Assembly: GCA_000708525.1 (NCBI GenBank) | Contig: JMRP01000009.1 | Location: 2,588 to 66,587, forward strand | Origin: Cyanobium sp. CACIAM 14 | GTDB taxonomy: Bacteria > Cyanobacteriota > Cyanobacteriia > PCC-6307 > Cyanobiaceae | Length of the DNA stretch: 64,000 nucleotides | Direction: 5' to 3' | Shown here: piece by piece, positions 1 through 9,672 of the stretch | Layout of the letters: each line of letters opens with the position of its first letter | How positions within the stretch are numbered: the stretch's first letter is position 1 | The notes under the pieces: generated by a model | The model's input: only the letters and a program-made list of their open reading frames with translations | What the model was told of the DNA's origin: nothing | The model's database searches: none | Program-made: the position numbers and the translations under genes

Positions 1-4
1 CGAA

Positions 5-1755
5 GTGGAGGAGGCCGCGAGCCTGCAGCTGATCCACGAGCGCTTCCGGCCCAGCGCCCTGAACCTGCTTCATTTCATCGCCTTTCATCGTCACGCCCAC
101 CCCGGCCTGGCTCCGGCGCTGCGCCAGCGGGGGCTTTGCTCCTTCGAAGGCTGCGATGGCCATCTGCTGGCGAGTCTGGAGGCCGTGATCCATGCGCTGG
201 AGTGTCTCGATGGCCGCCGCCCCGGCGGCGCGGATCAGCCTCGGCCGGCAGGGCTTCCCCCGCTGCGGGGACAGGCGGTCCTGCAGAGCCACTGCGACCG
301 GCTGTTCGGATCCATGACGGCCGAAGGGGCCGCGGGAATCATGGTCACCCTGCCGGCCGAGGCGGGCGACCATCCGGCTCTGATCGCCGAGCTGGTCGAG
401 GCCGGCATGACCATCGCCCGCATCAACTGCGCCCACGACGATCCGGCCGTCTGGTCACGGTTGGTGGAGGGAGTGGCCCAGGCCCGGCGCAGCACCGGCA
501 GACCCTGCCGGATCGCCATGGATCTGGGGGGGCCGAGACTCCGCACCGGCTCTCTCGATCCCAAGCCCGCCGTGATCCGGGTCCGCCCCGTGCGGGATCG
601 CCTGGGCAGGCGCCTGCGGCCGGCGCGACTCCTGGCGGTGCCGCAGGACGCGCCGCCGGCAACGCTGGAGGAGGGCGTGGTCCTGCTGCCGGTGACGGGG
701 AGAGGCTGGCAACGGCTCAGACCCGGCGATCGTCTCGAGGGGCGTGACGCTTCAGGGCGACGCCGGCGCTTCACCGTCCGGGCGCTGCGCTCCGAGGGGG
801 TGCTGCTCCACTGCCGCCAGAGCTGCCATCTCACCTCCGGCCTGGTGTTCCGGCAGCTGGGTGGAGATCGCCGGCTGGAAGTGGCCGCCCTGCCGCCGGT
901 GGGGGGGAGCGCTGGCTGCGGCCCGGCGATCTGGTGAGGCTGACGCCGGAGCCGGATCAGGGAGAAGGCACCCTGCCGTGCACGTTGCCGGAGGTGTTCT
1001 TCGATCTGCGCCTCGGGGAGCGGGTGCTGTTCGACGAGGGCCGCATCGCCGCCGTGATCCGGGCGGTGGCGGCCGAGGAGGTGCTCCTGGAGATCAACCG
1101 GGCCCGCGCCCGGGGCAGCCGGCTGGTCGCCGACAAGGGGATCAACCTTCCCGACAGTGACCTGCGCACCCCGGCGCTGACGGCCAAGGACATCGAGGAT
1201 CTGGCCTTCGCCGCCGGACATGCCGACATCGTGAATTATTCGTTCGTGAGCCGGGAATCCGATATCGAGGCCCTGCGCCGGTCGCTGGAGCGGGATGGCC
1301 GTGAGGATCTGGCCCTGATCCTCAAGATCGAGACCCGCCGTGCCTTCCTCAACCTGCCGCGCCTGCTGCTGATGGCCATGCGGCAGGGGTCACCCCTCGG
1401 GGTGATGATCGCGCGGGGGGATCTGGCCATCGAATGCGGCTGGGAGGCGCTGGCCGAGATCCAGGAGGAGATCCTGCGCATCTGCGCGGCCGCCCATGTC
1501 CCCTGCATCTGGGCCACCCAGGTGCTCGACACCATGGCCCATCACGGCCGGCCAACCCGCGCGGAGATCACCGACGCGGCCATGGGTGCCCGGGCCGGCG
1601 CCGTGATGCTCAACAAGGGACCCAACATCACCGCCGCCGTGCGAACGTTGCGCGCCATCGCGAGCAGGAACGCTCCGCAGCGCAGGGAGCGCACGGAGCC
1701 GCTCCTCGCCTGCGTGGCCTTCCGGAGCAACTGCGAGCCCTCGCCGCACCTGTGA
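5..1755 (+). pseudogene. Pyruvate kinase family gene split into two frames (5-937 and 934-1755) at a G7 homopolymer (901-907). The 5' end may lie upstream of the window.
   Basis: The first ORF has PK signatures (MTIARINCAHDD, IAMDLGGPRLRTG). The second has KGINLP, LILKIETRRAF, IARGDLAIECG, ATQVLDTM and RAEITD. The second frame is already open from 748 and reads GGGERWLRPGDLVRLTPEP across the junction, so one additional G would give a single ORF. Confidence 0.75.
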
Positions 1756-1847
1756 GCCATGGCCACAGCAGTGATCCGGGCCGCACGGGGCAACCATGCG
1801 GAGACTCGCGGCGCCTGCCGGCGCTGTCCACCGTGGGTGCCGGGGGG

Positions 1848-2174
1848 TCAGTCCCGCTCTGGGGTGCCGCCGTCGGGCAGCAGGGTCTCCTTGCTCTGCT
1901 TGATCGTTTTCCAGATCTTCTTGATCTGGTGGAACGCCTGCTCCTGGCTCAGCTTGCCGTTGGCCTGCAGGCCAACGATCAGGCCCACCTGTTCGGCGAA
2001 GGTCTCCAGGTTCTGATGGAACATCAGCCGCTCCGGTGACCATTCCCGGCCGCGATAACTGCCGTGGGCTTCCATCGGCGAGCGCACCAGGATCTCATCA
2101 CCTCCGGGCGCAGGATCCCGGGTTCCAAGAACGTCGCCGCCTGCCAATGCGCCAACCCACACGACGTTCAACAT
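1848..2174 (-). CDS. Small conserved hypothetical protein. Only the 3' part of the 540-aa track ORF looks coding. Alternative start at 2075.
   Basis: The tail of ORF 1848-3470 (MLNVVW...EWSPERLMFHQNLETFAEQVGLIVGLQANGKLSQEQAFHQIKKIWKTIKQSK) has normal amino-acid composition. The remainder is antisense to corA and R/P/G-rich. ATG at 2174. Confidence 0.55.
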   Translation of the reverse strand: MLNVVWVGALAGGDVLGTRDPAPGGDEILVRSPMEAHGSYRGREWSPERLMFHQNLETFAEQVGLIVGLQANGKLSQEQAFHQIKKIWKTIKQSKETLLPDGGTPERD

Positions 2175-2312
2175 AACGAGGAATCGATTAAGGGTTCGTA
2201 AACACGCCGCCGGGCACCCGGCCATGGCCCGTACGCCGCCCTGTCCGCGCCCCCGATGCGTTTCCACCCGCCCCTGGCTGCGGTTGAATGCGCCCGAACG
2301 CGGTGAACCCCC

Positions 2313-3419
2313 GTGCTGCGCCTGACACCGGGAGCCCTCAACTCCCAGCGCCTCGAGCAGCGTCCGGCCGGTCTGCCCAGCCACCTGTTCGTCCACGGCG
2401 GCCTCGGGCCCACCCGGGCCGATCTGGTGGTGTTCGAGCCTTCCGGTCCCGTGCGCCGGCGGGACCCCGGCATCGATGGGTTGGTGGAGATGCGGGCCGC
2501 CGGGGTTCCCTTGTGGCTGCGGCTGCGCGGGCTCGGGGATCGCCGCCGGATCACCACGCTCCTCGATCGCCTGGGGGTGCCGGCCGTGCTGCTGCCCGCC
2601 CTGCTCGACGTGCCTCAGCGGCCCCAGCTGGAAGGTCTGGAGGAGGTGCTGCTGGTGGTGCTGCACCGTCTCAGCTTCGCCCAGGAACCGGCCCATCTGG
2701 TGAGCGACCAGGTGTCCCTGGTGCTGATGCCGGGTCTGCTGATCACCCTGGAGGAGGGGGGCGTCGGCGATCCCTTTCCCGATCTGAGCCACTGGTTGCT
2801 CGATCATCCCGGGGCCAAGGAGGACCGGGATCTGGATGACATCCTGCATTTCCTCATCGATGACATCCTCGATGACCTGTTCCCGATGCTGGAGGCGATC
2901 GCCCAGCGGCTGGATGCGCTGGAGGAAGCCGCCCTGCGCAGGCCCAGGCCGCGGATCCTGCACCGGGCCTTCGAGTACCGCACCAACCTGCGCACGATCC
3001 GCAGCCAGATCTGGCCCCTGCGCCATCAGATCCGGTTCCTGCTGCGTCAGCGTCAGCGCCAGCGGCTGCTCGGCCCCGAGGCGATGGAGGGCTTCCAGGA
3101 CATGGCCGAACTGGTGGACCAGCTCTTCGAGGCCTGCGGAGCCCTGCGCAGTCAGTGCGATGCCATCACCCGGTCCTATGCGGCCACCATCGGCAACCGC
3201 ATGAACCAAGTGATGAAGACGCTCACGATCCTCACCAGCATCTTTGCCCCGCTCACGTTCATCGCCGGGATCTACGGCATGAATTTCGAGTTCATGCCCG
3301 AGCTGAAATGGCGGCACGGCTATCTGATCGTGCTGCTCTCCATGGGCGTGGTCGCCGCCCTCCAGGGTTGGTGGCTGTGGCGCAGAGGCTGGTTCGAGGA
3401 CTGGACCGGCCAGGGCTGA
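2313..3419 (+). CDS. corA: CorA-type magnesium/cobalt transporter
   Basis: C-terminal YGMNF (GMN motif) followed by two TM helices, with a long acidic cytoplasmic domain. GTG start at 2313 is uncertain. Confidence 0.85.
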   Translation: MLRLTPGALNSQRLEQRPAGLPSHLFVHGGLGPTRADLVVFEPSGPVRRRDPGIDGLVEMRAAGVPLWLRLRGLGDRRRITTLLDRLGVPAVLLPALLDVPQRPQLEGLEEVLLVVLHRLSFAQEPAHLVSDQVSLVLMPGLLITLEEGGVGDPFPDLSHWLLDHPGAKEDRDLDDILHFLIDDILDDLFPMLEAIAQRLDALEEAALRRPRPRILHRAFEYRTNLRTIRSQIWPLRHQIRFLLRQRQRQRLLGPEAMEGFQDMAELVDQLFEACGALRSQCDAITRSYAATIGNRMNQVMKTLTILTSIFAPLTFIAGIYGMNFEFMPELKWRHGYLIVLLSMGVVAALQGWWLWRRGWFEDWTGQG

Positions 3420-3552
3420 GCCTGGAATGGCGGTGGTTTCCGGTGATCCGGGCCCGCTCCCTGCCGTCATCCGGGTGACAACCTGCCCTTAACCCCATGG
3501 CCGCTGGAGTGGGTTCAGAGTCGGCGCAGGAGCTGCCGCGTTGCCACGTTCC

Positions 3553-4620
3553 ATGCCCGATCGATCTCCGCTCCGGCGGTTCCTCAGGTCTGCCGGCCTT
3601 TCCGCCGCTGCCGTCGCCCTCGGCGTGGTCACCGCGTCGAGCCCCTTGGCCAGCCTCGCCCAGGGGCGCTCCGGTGCTCCGGTCCGCATCGAAGGCTCCA
3701 GCACCGTCTTCCCCCTGATGGAGGTGGCGGTCAGGGCCTACGAGGCCTCGTACCCGGACAGGAAGGGGAGCATCGTGCTGAAGGAAACCGGCAGCACGGC
3801 CGGTTTCCGCCGCTTCTGCAGCGGCCGGATCCCCATGGCCAATGCCTCGCGACCCATCAACAGCCGGGAGCTGAAGGCCTGCGCCGCCCGGGGCATCACG
3901 TTCATCGAGCTGCCGGTGGCCTTCGATGCCGTCACCGTGGTGGTGAACCCAGCCAACACCTGGCTCAGATCCATCAGCCTCCCTGAGCTGTCCAGGCTCT
4001 GGAGCCGCAAGGCCCAGGGGCGCATCACCCGCTGGAACCAGGTCAATGGCTCCTGGCCTGACAAGCCCATCAGGCTCTGCGGCCCAGGCAAGGACTCTGG
4101 CACATTCGACTATTTCAACAAGGCTATCAATGGTTCTGCGGATAGCTCCCGCCGTGATTACAGTGGCAGCGAAGATGATAATGACACGGTGCGTTGTGTG
4201 GTGAACAACCCCTACGCGCTTGGTTATTTCGGTTTCTCCTATTACGAGAACAATGCCTCCCGCCTGAGGGCCCTGCCCATCGAAGGCCCCAGGGGAACCG
4301 TGCTCCCCTCCCTCGTCAACGTGCAGAGGGAGTTGTATCAGCCTCTTTCCCGTCCCCTGTTCATCTATGTCAACAACAGGGCGCTGCTGGAGCAGCCGGA
4401 GGTGCGGAGCTTTCTCACCTTCACCATCCAGCGGGGCCTTGGCTTCGCGGAAAAGGCCGGCATCATCCCCCTCCCTGCGGACACCTACCGAGTGGTGGAG
4501 GGCAAGCTCTACCGCCACCTGATCGGCACCTCCTTCGGCGGCGATCTGCCCATCGGGCTCACCATCAGCCAGGCCATCCGCCGCAGCTTCGAGCAGATCC
4601 GCGCGCCCGGCCAGCGCTGA
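3553..4620 (+). CDS. Phosphate ABC transporter substrate-binding protein, PstS family (SphX-like)
   Basis: RRFLRSAG signal peptide, then GSSTVFPL ... ETGSTAGF ... DSGTFDYF ... ALGYFGFSY, typical of PBP-like-2 phosphate binders. A TTG at 3541 is an alternative start. Confidence 0.8.
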   Translation: MPDRSPLRRFLRSAGLSAAAVALGVVTASSPLASLAQGRSGAPVRIEGSSTVFPLMEVAVRAYEASYPDRKGSIVLKETGSTAGFRRFCSGRIPMANASRPINSRELKACAARGITFIELPVAFDAVTVVVNPANTWLRSISLPELSRLWSRKAQGRITRWNQVNGSWPDKPIRLCGPGKDSGTFDYFNKAINGSADSSRRDYSGSEDDNDTVRCVVNNPYALGYFGFSYYENNASRLRALPIEGPRGTVLPSLVNVQRELYQPLSRPLFIYVNNRALLEQPEVRSFLTFTIQRGLGFAEKAGIIPLPADTYRVVEGKLYRHLIGTSFGGDLPIGLTISQAIRRSFEQIRAPGQR

Positions 4621-4684
4621 CGGCCGAGGGGCCGCGGGTCTTCGGCCTGGAGGGCAACGAGCGGCGAGAGGATCTTGAGCGCTC

Positions 4685-4703
4685 CTTAATCGCTCCATAA
4701 CGT
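4685..4703 (+). promoter_or_regulatory. Candidate Pho box (two 8-bp repeats on an 11-bp period) upstream of pstS
   Basis: CTTAATCG-ctc-CATAACGT compared with the cyanobacterial Pho-box unit PyTTAAPyPy(T/A). The second unit is weak. Confidence 0.3.
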
Positions 4704-4753
4704 TGGGGCCGCCCTGCGGTTGCTAACAAGGCATCGCCCCCTTCTGCTTCTCG

Positions 4754-5740
4754 ATGACCTTCGCCAAGAAGGCCCTGATCTTCGGCACGGTGTTCTCCGT
4801 CGGCGCCGGTGTGTCACTCGCCGCCCTCGCCCAGAGCACCATCAGCGGCGCCGGGGCCACCTTCCCTGCACCCTTCTACCAAAGCGCTTTCGCCAGCCTG
4901 GCCAGTTCCGGTGTCCAGGTCAACTATCAGGCGGTGGGCTCCGGTGCCGGTGTGCGCCAGTTCGTTGCCGGCACCGTGGACTTCGGCGCCACCGATGAAC
5001 CCATCAAGGCATCGGAAGCCGCCAAGGTGAGCCGCGGTGTTGTGCAGTTCCCGACGGTGGGGGGCACGATCGCCATTGGTTACAACAAGCCGGACTGCAA
5101 GGCCCTGAAGCTCACCCAGAAGCAACTGGTCGATGTCTACATGGGCACGATCACCACCTGGGACCAGCTCAAGTGCGGCAAGGGGCCCATCAAGGTTGTG
5201 CACCGCTCTGACGGCTCCGGCACCACCTTCGCCTTCACCAATTCCCTCTCGGCCTTCTCCCCCGCCTGGCAGTCCAAGGTGGGCGCCGGCAAGAGTGTCA
5301 ACTGGCCCGTCGGTGTCGGCGGCAAGGGCAACGAAGGGGTGGCCGGCATCATCACCAACACCCCCGGGGCCCTGGGCTATGTGAACCAGGCCTTCGTGAA
5401 GGGGCCGATCAAGGCTGCCGCCATCCAGAACAAGGAGGGCAAGTTCGTGATGCCCGGGCTGAAGGGAGGTTCCGCTGCCCTCAACAACATCAAACTCGAC
5501 GGCAACCTTGCCGGTGAGGACCCGAATCCGGCCGGCTCCGAGAGCTATCCCATCTCCACCCTCACCTGGATCCTCGCCTACGAGAAGGGCAATGGCCCCA
5601 AGGCCGGCACCATCCGCAAGGCGATGCTCCATCTGCTCAGCCCGGCGGCCCAGAACAAGGCCGACGACATCGGTTACGTGCCCCTGAGGGGCGCCATCCT
5701 CAGCGCCTCCAAGAAGGCGGTGGCCAGGATCGGCAGCTGA
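4754..5740 (+). CDS. pstS: Phosphate ABC transporter substrate-binding protein PstS
   Basis: Signal peptide, then ISGAGATFPAPFY, YQAVGSGAG, GATD, RSDGSGTTFAFT, ALGYV and YPISTLTW, which are classical PstS motifs. Confidence 0.9.
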   Translation: MTFAKKALIFGTVFSVGAGVSLAALAQSTISGAGATFPAPFYQSAFASLASSGVQVNYQAVGSGAGVRQFVAGTVDFGATDEPIKASEAAKVSRGVVQFPTVGGTIAIGYNKPDCKALKLTQKQLVDVYMGTITTWDQLKCGKGPIKVVHRSDGSGTTFAFTNSLSAFSPAWQSKVGAGKSVNWPVGVGGKGNEGVAGIITNTPGALGYVNQAFVKGPIKAAAIQNKEGKFVMPGLKGGSAALNNIKLDGNLAGEDPNPAGSESYPISTLTWILAYEKGNGPKAGTIRKAMLHLLSPAAQNKADDIGYVPLRGAILSASKKAVARIGS

Positions 5741-5780
5741 CCCCGGGCCCTTCTCCCTCCAGAAGGGCCGATCATCCCGA

Positions 5781-5808
5781 GAGGGAGGCATGAGCCTCCC
5801 TCTTTTCG
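5781..5808 (+). terminator. Intrinsic terminator after pstS, preceded by a second hairpin at 5746-5769
   Basis: GAGGGAGGC-atga-GCCTCCCTC followed by TTTTCG. Upstream hairpin is GGCCCTTCT-ccctcc-AGAAGGGCC. Confidence 0.7.
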
Positions 5809-5853
5809 CTTCCACCGATCCACGCCCGAGGAGAGAGCGGACAGATCCTTTTT

Positions 5854-5883
5854 CTTACCCATCTCTTAACCGGATAGCTACCA
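5854..5883 (+). promoter_or_regulatory. Pho box (three 8-bp units, 3-bp linkers) about 64 nt upstream of the CRP-family regulator gene
   Basis: CTTACCCA-tct-CTTAACCG-gat-AGCTACCA. The first two units match PyTTAAPyPy(T/A) at 7/8 positions. Confidence 0.5.
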
Positions 5884-5946
5884 GCCCTTTGCCCGTGTTC
5901 CGGGTGTCGCTGCATACAGTTCGCTGCATCCGACGCGCTTCTCACG

Positions 5947-6606
5947 ATGGTCTTCACGCCCTCCCGTGAATCCGGCAGCAGGGGCAACAACGGCAACAAG
6001 GGCAGCAAGGAAGGATTCCGTGAACTTCTGGAAGCCAGTTTTCAGAAGCGCAGTCTCGTTCAGATCAGTGCCGGCAGCCATGTTCCGCTGCTGAAGAACA
6101 ACATCTGGCTCGTGGTTCGCGGGATGGTCAAGCTCAGCGCCATCACCATCCACGGCGACGACATCCTCCTCGGGATGGCCGGTCCCAACGAGCCCTTCGG
6201 CGATCCACTCAATGGGGTCGAGGCCTACACCGCCACCACCCTCGCCGACACAGACCTGCTCTGCCTCAGCTGCAGCGAGATCCGGGAGGACCCGGCCCTG
6301 GCGGCGGCCATGCTCGACGCCCTGGGCCAGAGGCTCCAGCAGAGCCAGGCCCTGCTGGCCCTGATGGGACTCAAGCGCGTCGATGAGCGGGTGCGCGGCT
6401 TCCTCGAGCTGCTGGCCAGCGAGTACGGGCAGCCCTGTGAGTCGGGTCTGCGCCTCAATCTGCGGCTCACCCATCAGGAAGTGGCCAGTGCACTGGCCAC
6501 CACCCGGGTGACGGTGACCCGGGTGATCGGCAACCTGCGCGACGAGGGCTGGCTGCAGATGGACGTCCAGAGGCGTCTGGTGGTCAGCTACCTTCCACGC
6601 CGTTGA
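5947..6606 (+). CDS. Crp/Fnr-family transcriptional regulator (PtrA-like by sequence type and phoBR/pstS context)
   Basis: cNMP-binding-like beta-roll plus a C-terminal HTH (LTHQEVASALATTRVTVTRVIGNLR). It lies between pstS and phoB. Confidence 0.8.
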   Translation: MVFTPSRESGSRGNNGNKGSKEGFRELLEASFQKRSLVQISAGSHVPLLKNNIWLVVRGMVKLSAITIHGDDILLGMAGPNEPFGDPLNGVEAYTATTLADTDLLCLSCSEIREDPALAAAMLDALGQRLQQSQALLALMGLKRVDERVRGFLELLASEYGQPCESGLRLNLRLTHQEVASALATTRVTVTRVIGNLRDEGWLQMDVQRRLVVSYLPRR

Positions 6607-6650
6607 ACCGGTTCTGGGATCTGCCCGACGTGGAGACGGAGAATGGGCCC

Positions 6651-7349
6651 ATGAAGCCCCACCTTCCGCTCCTGGTCGTCGAAGACGACGACACCATCCG
6701 CGAAACCATCCGCGACGTGCTGGCTCTGGAGGGGTTCCGCGTCACGGCCTGCGACAACGGACGCGAGGCCCTGAACAGCCTCAGCTCCTGTCCGCCCGGG
6801 GAGGAATTCGCGCTGGTGGTGCTCGATCTGATGCTCCCCGGCCTGGGGGGGCTCGACCTCTGCCGGAGGTTGCGCGCCGCCGGCAACCAGACCCCCATCC
6901 TGGTGGTCAGCGCCCGGGACAGCGAGACCGACCGGGTGCTGGGCCTGGAGGTGGGGGCTGACGACTATCTGATCAAGCCCTTCGGGCTGAGCGAACTGGT
7001 GGCCCGCTGCCGGGCCCTGCTGCGGCGCAGCCGTCTGGCGGAAGTGGCGGTCAAGGTGCTCCAGCACGGCAACCTCTGCCTGTTTCCGGAGGAATGCCGC
7101 GTCACCCGGGATGGCGTCGAGGTGAACCTCTCGCCCAAGGAATACCGGCTCCTGGAGCTGTTCATGCAGCATCCCCGCCGGGTCTGGAGCCGGGACAAGC
7201 TGCTGGAGCGGGTCTGGGGCTACGACTATTTCGGCGACAGCAAGACCGTCGACGTGCACATCCGCTGGTTGCGCGAGAAGCTGGAGGACAACCCCTCGGC
7301 GCCGGAGCATCTGGTCACCGTGCGCGGCTTCGGCTACCGCTTCGGCTGA
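6651..7349 (+). CDS. phoB: OmpR-family response regulator PhoB
   Basis: Receiver domain (LLVVEDDD ... VLDLMLPG ... KPF) plus a winged-helix domain (LSPKEYRLLELF ... VDVHIRWLREKL ... TVRGFGYRF). ATG at 6651 follows GGAGA. Confidence 0.85.
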   Translation: MKPHLPLLVVEDDDTIRETIRDVLALEGFRVTACDNGREALNSLSSCPPGEEFALVVLDLMLPGLGGLDLCRRLRAAGNQTPILVVSARDSETDRVLGLEVGADDYLIKPFGLSELVARCRALLRRSRLAEVAVKVLQHGNLCLFPEECRVTRDGVEVNLSPKEYRLLELFMQHPRRVWSRDKLLERVWGYDYFGDSKTVDVHIRWLREKLEDNPSAPEHLVTVRGFGYRFG

Positions 7350-8450
7350 ATGGGGCTGCTGCTGGCCGTGCTGCTTGGGCTGGCCCTGGGCTGGGGGCTG
7401 GCGCGCCGTTTCTCCCGCAGGCGCCTGTTCCTGGAGGGGCTGTCGGCCCGCCAGCTGCACGGCTGGATCGGCGGCGCCCCGGAGGGGTGGCTGATCCTGG
7501 ATGGGAGTGATCGCATCCAGCTCATCAACCCCCGGGCCGAACGGCTGATGGAGGTGGCCGGGGCAGGATTGCTGCGTCAGGAGCCCCTGGTGCAGGTCTG
7601 TCCCTCCCCCGAACTGCTCGCCGTGATCCGCGACGCCCGTCAGCGGCAGCGCCCCCAGCGTCTGGAGTGGCAGCTGGGCAATCAGCAACTGGCGGCCCTG
7701 GCCCTGCCTGGTGAGGGCGGCTGGGTGGCGGTGCTGCTGCAGAACCGTCGTTCGCTCGAAGCCCAGTTGGAGCAGCAGGAGCGGTGGGTCAGCGACGTGG
7801 CCCACGAACTCAAGACCCCTCTCACCGCCCTGCTGCTGGTGGGTGACAGCCTGGCGGCCCACGCCAACGACGCCACCGCCGTTCTGGTGGAACGGCTCCA
7901 GCGGGAGCTGCTGCGGCTGCAGCGGCTCGTGGGCGATCTGACGGAGCTCTCCCGGCTGGAGAACACCCTGCCGGAGGCGGTGCGGCGCCAGAGCCCGGTG
8001 GATCTGCCCGCACTGGTGCAGCAGGTCTGGGCCGGCCTGCGGCCCCTGGCGGAGCGACGCGCCGTCCGTCTGGCGATGGAGGCCGATGCGCCCCTGGCCG
8101 TGCAGGCGGACGGCTCCCGGTTGCACAGGGCCGTGCTGAATCTGCTCGACAATGCGATCCGTTACAGCCCTGACGGCGGCACGGTGCGGGTGGCGATGGA
8201 GGCAAGCGCAGGCTGGTGTCTGCTCACCGTCCGGGACGAGGGCCCCGGCCTGAGCGAGGACGACCTCGCCCACATGTTCGAGCGCTTCTACCGCGGCGAT
8301 CCGTCACGGGGGCGCAGTGACAGGAGCGGCAGCGGGCTGGGTCTGGCGATCGTGCAGCAGATCGCCGTCACCCATGGCGGTCGCGTCCAGGCCGCGAACC
8401 ATCCCCAGGGTGGGGCCGTGCTCGAACTCCTGCTGCCGATGGAGGTCTGA
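7350..8450 (+). CDS. phoR: Sensor histidine kinase PhoR/SphS
   Basis: H-box VSDVAHELKTPLT, N-box LLDNAIRYS, and G-boxes DEGPGL and GSGLGLAIV. ATG directly follows the phoB stop. Confidence 0.85.
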   Translation: MGLLLAVLLGLALGWGLARRFSRRRLFLEGLSARQLHGWIGGAPEGWLILDGSDRIQLINPRAERLMEVAGAGLLRQEPLVQVCPSPELLAVIRDARQRQRPQRLEWQLGNQQLAALALPGEGGWVAVLLQNRRSLEAQLEQQERWVSDVAHELKTPLTALLLVGDSLAAHANDATAVLVERLQRELLRLQRLVGDLTELSRLENTLPEAVRRQSPVDLPALVQQVWAGLRPLAERRAVRLAMEADAPLAVQADGSRLHRAVLNLLDNAIRYSPDGGTVRVAMEASAGWCLLTVRDEGPGLSEDDLAHMFERFYRGDPSRGRSDRSGSGLGLAIVQQIAVTHGGRVQAANHPQGGAVLELLLPMEV

Positions 8451-8451
8451 G

Positions 8452-9672
8452 ATGGTGAGCGGTCTCTCGGCTGGCGCCGCAGCGATGCCCGCTGCCGCCG
8501 TCAGGATGGCGGCCGTGGCCGATCCGGTGATCCCGCAGGTGGGCGCGCTGATGGCCCGGCGGCCCGATGCCCTCTCCCTGGCCCAGGGCATGGTGGGGTG
8601 GGCACCACCGGAGGCGGTGCGGCAGGCCGTGGCCGCCGCCCTCTCCGAAGCGCCCCGGGCCCTCGATCGCTACGGCCCGGTTCGGGGCGAGGAGCCGCTG
8701 CTGGAGGCCGTCCGCAGGGAGCTCACCGAGGTGCGCGGCCTGGATCTCGAGGGCAGTGACGTGCTGGTGACCGCCGGCAGCAACATGGCCTTCAGCGCCA
8801 TCGCCCAGGTGCTCTGCGACCCGGGCGACGAGGTGCTGCTGCCGCTGCCCTACTACTTCAACCACGCCATGGCCATCCGTCTGGCCGGTGGGGTTCCCGT
8901 GCCGGTGGAGGCGGGCCTGGGGCCCGATCCCGACCGGCTGGCGGAGGCCATCACCGCCCGCACCCGGGCGATCGTGACCATCTCCCCCGGCAACCCCAGC
9001 GGCCTGGTGACTCCGCCGGAGCTCCTGGAGGCGATCAACACTCTGTGCGCCCGCCATGGTCTCTTCCACATCAGTGACGAGGCCTATGCGGAGTTCGTCC
9101 ATGGGCCGGTGCCCCATCGGAGTCCCGGGCGCCTGTCTGGCAGCGGTGCCCACACGGTGTCCCTGTTCTCCCTCTCCAAGGCCTACGGCATGGCCGGCTG
9201 GCGGGTGGGCTATGCGGCGGTGCCTCGCCAGCTGCTGGGGCCCCTCACGAAGGTCCAGGACACGGTGCTGATCTGCCCGTGCCAGGTGAGTCAGCGGGCG
9301 GCCCTGGCCGCCCTCGAGGCGGGCCCGGCCTGGTGCGGGCCCCTGATCGCGGCTCTGGGAGAGCGCCGGCGGCAACTGCTGGCGGCCGTGTCAGCGGCGC
9401 AGCGGGGCGGGCTGCCGGTGGAGCTGCTCGGGCCTCCCGATGGCGCCTTCTACGGTCTGCTGCGCTTCCCCACCGCGCCGGGGGGAGAGCGGCTGATGCA
9501 GCGGCTGGTGCTGGACCATGGCGTGGCGGCCCTGCCGGGGGACAGCTTCGGGCTGCCCACGGCCGGCGGGACGGGGGTGCTGCGGATCAGCTACGGCATG
9601 CTCGGCCCCGCCGAACTGGAAGAAGCCCTTCGCCGTCTGTTCGGCGGGTTGGCGGCCCTGGCCCCCGGCTAG
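8452..9672 (+). CDS. PLP-dependent aminotransferase, class I/II
   Basis: GSNMAF ... YYFNH ... NPSG ... SLSKAYGMAGWRVGY (PLP lysine motif). ATG at 8452 lies 2 nt after the phoR stop. Confidence 0.8.
   Translation: MVSGLSAGAAAMPAAAVRMAAVADPVIPQVGALMARRPDALSLAQGMVGWAPPEAVRQAVAAALSEAPRALDRYGPVRGEEPLLEAVRRELTEVRGLDLEGSDVLVTAGSNMAFSAIAQVLCDPGDEVLLPLPYYFNHAMAIRLAGGVPVPVEAGLGPDPDRLAEAITARTRAIVTISPGNPSGLVTPPELLEAINTLCARHGLFHISDEAYAEFVHGPVPHRSPGRLSGSGAHTVSLFSLSKAYGMAGWRVGYAAVPRQLLGPLTKVQDTVLICPCQVSQRAALAALEAGPAWCGPLIAALGERRRQLLAAVSAAQRGGLPVELLGPPDGAFYGLLRFPTAPGGERLMQRLVLDHGVAALPGDSFGLPTAGGTGVLRISYGMLGPAELEEALRRLFGGLAALAPG

Noticed and set aside
2175-3470. Upstream 430 codons of the 540-aa minus-strand ORF 1848-3470
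   Set aside because: It is antisense to corA and compositionally non-coding. Only the last ~108 codons (1848-2174) look like a real small gene.
6588-8273. 561-aa minus-strand ORF
   Set aside because: It is antisense to phoB and phoR, both of which have complete signature motifs. Its composition is low-complexity and Q/G/P/A-rich.
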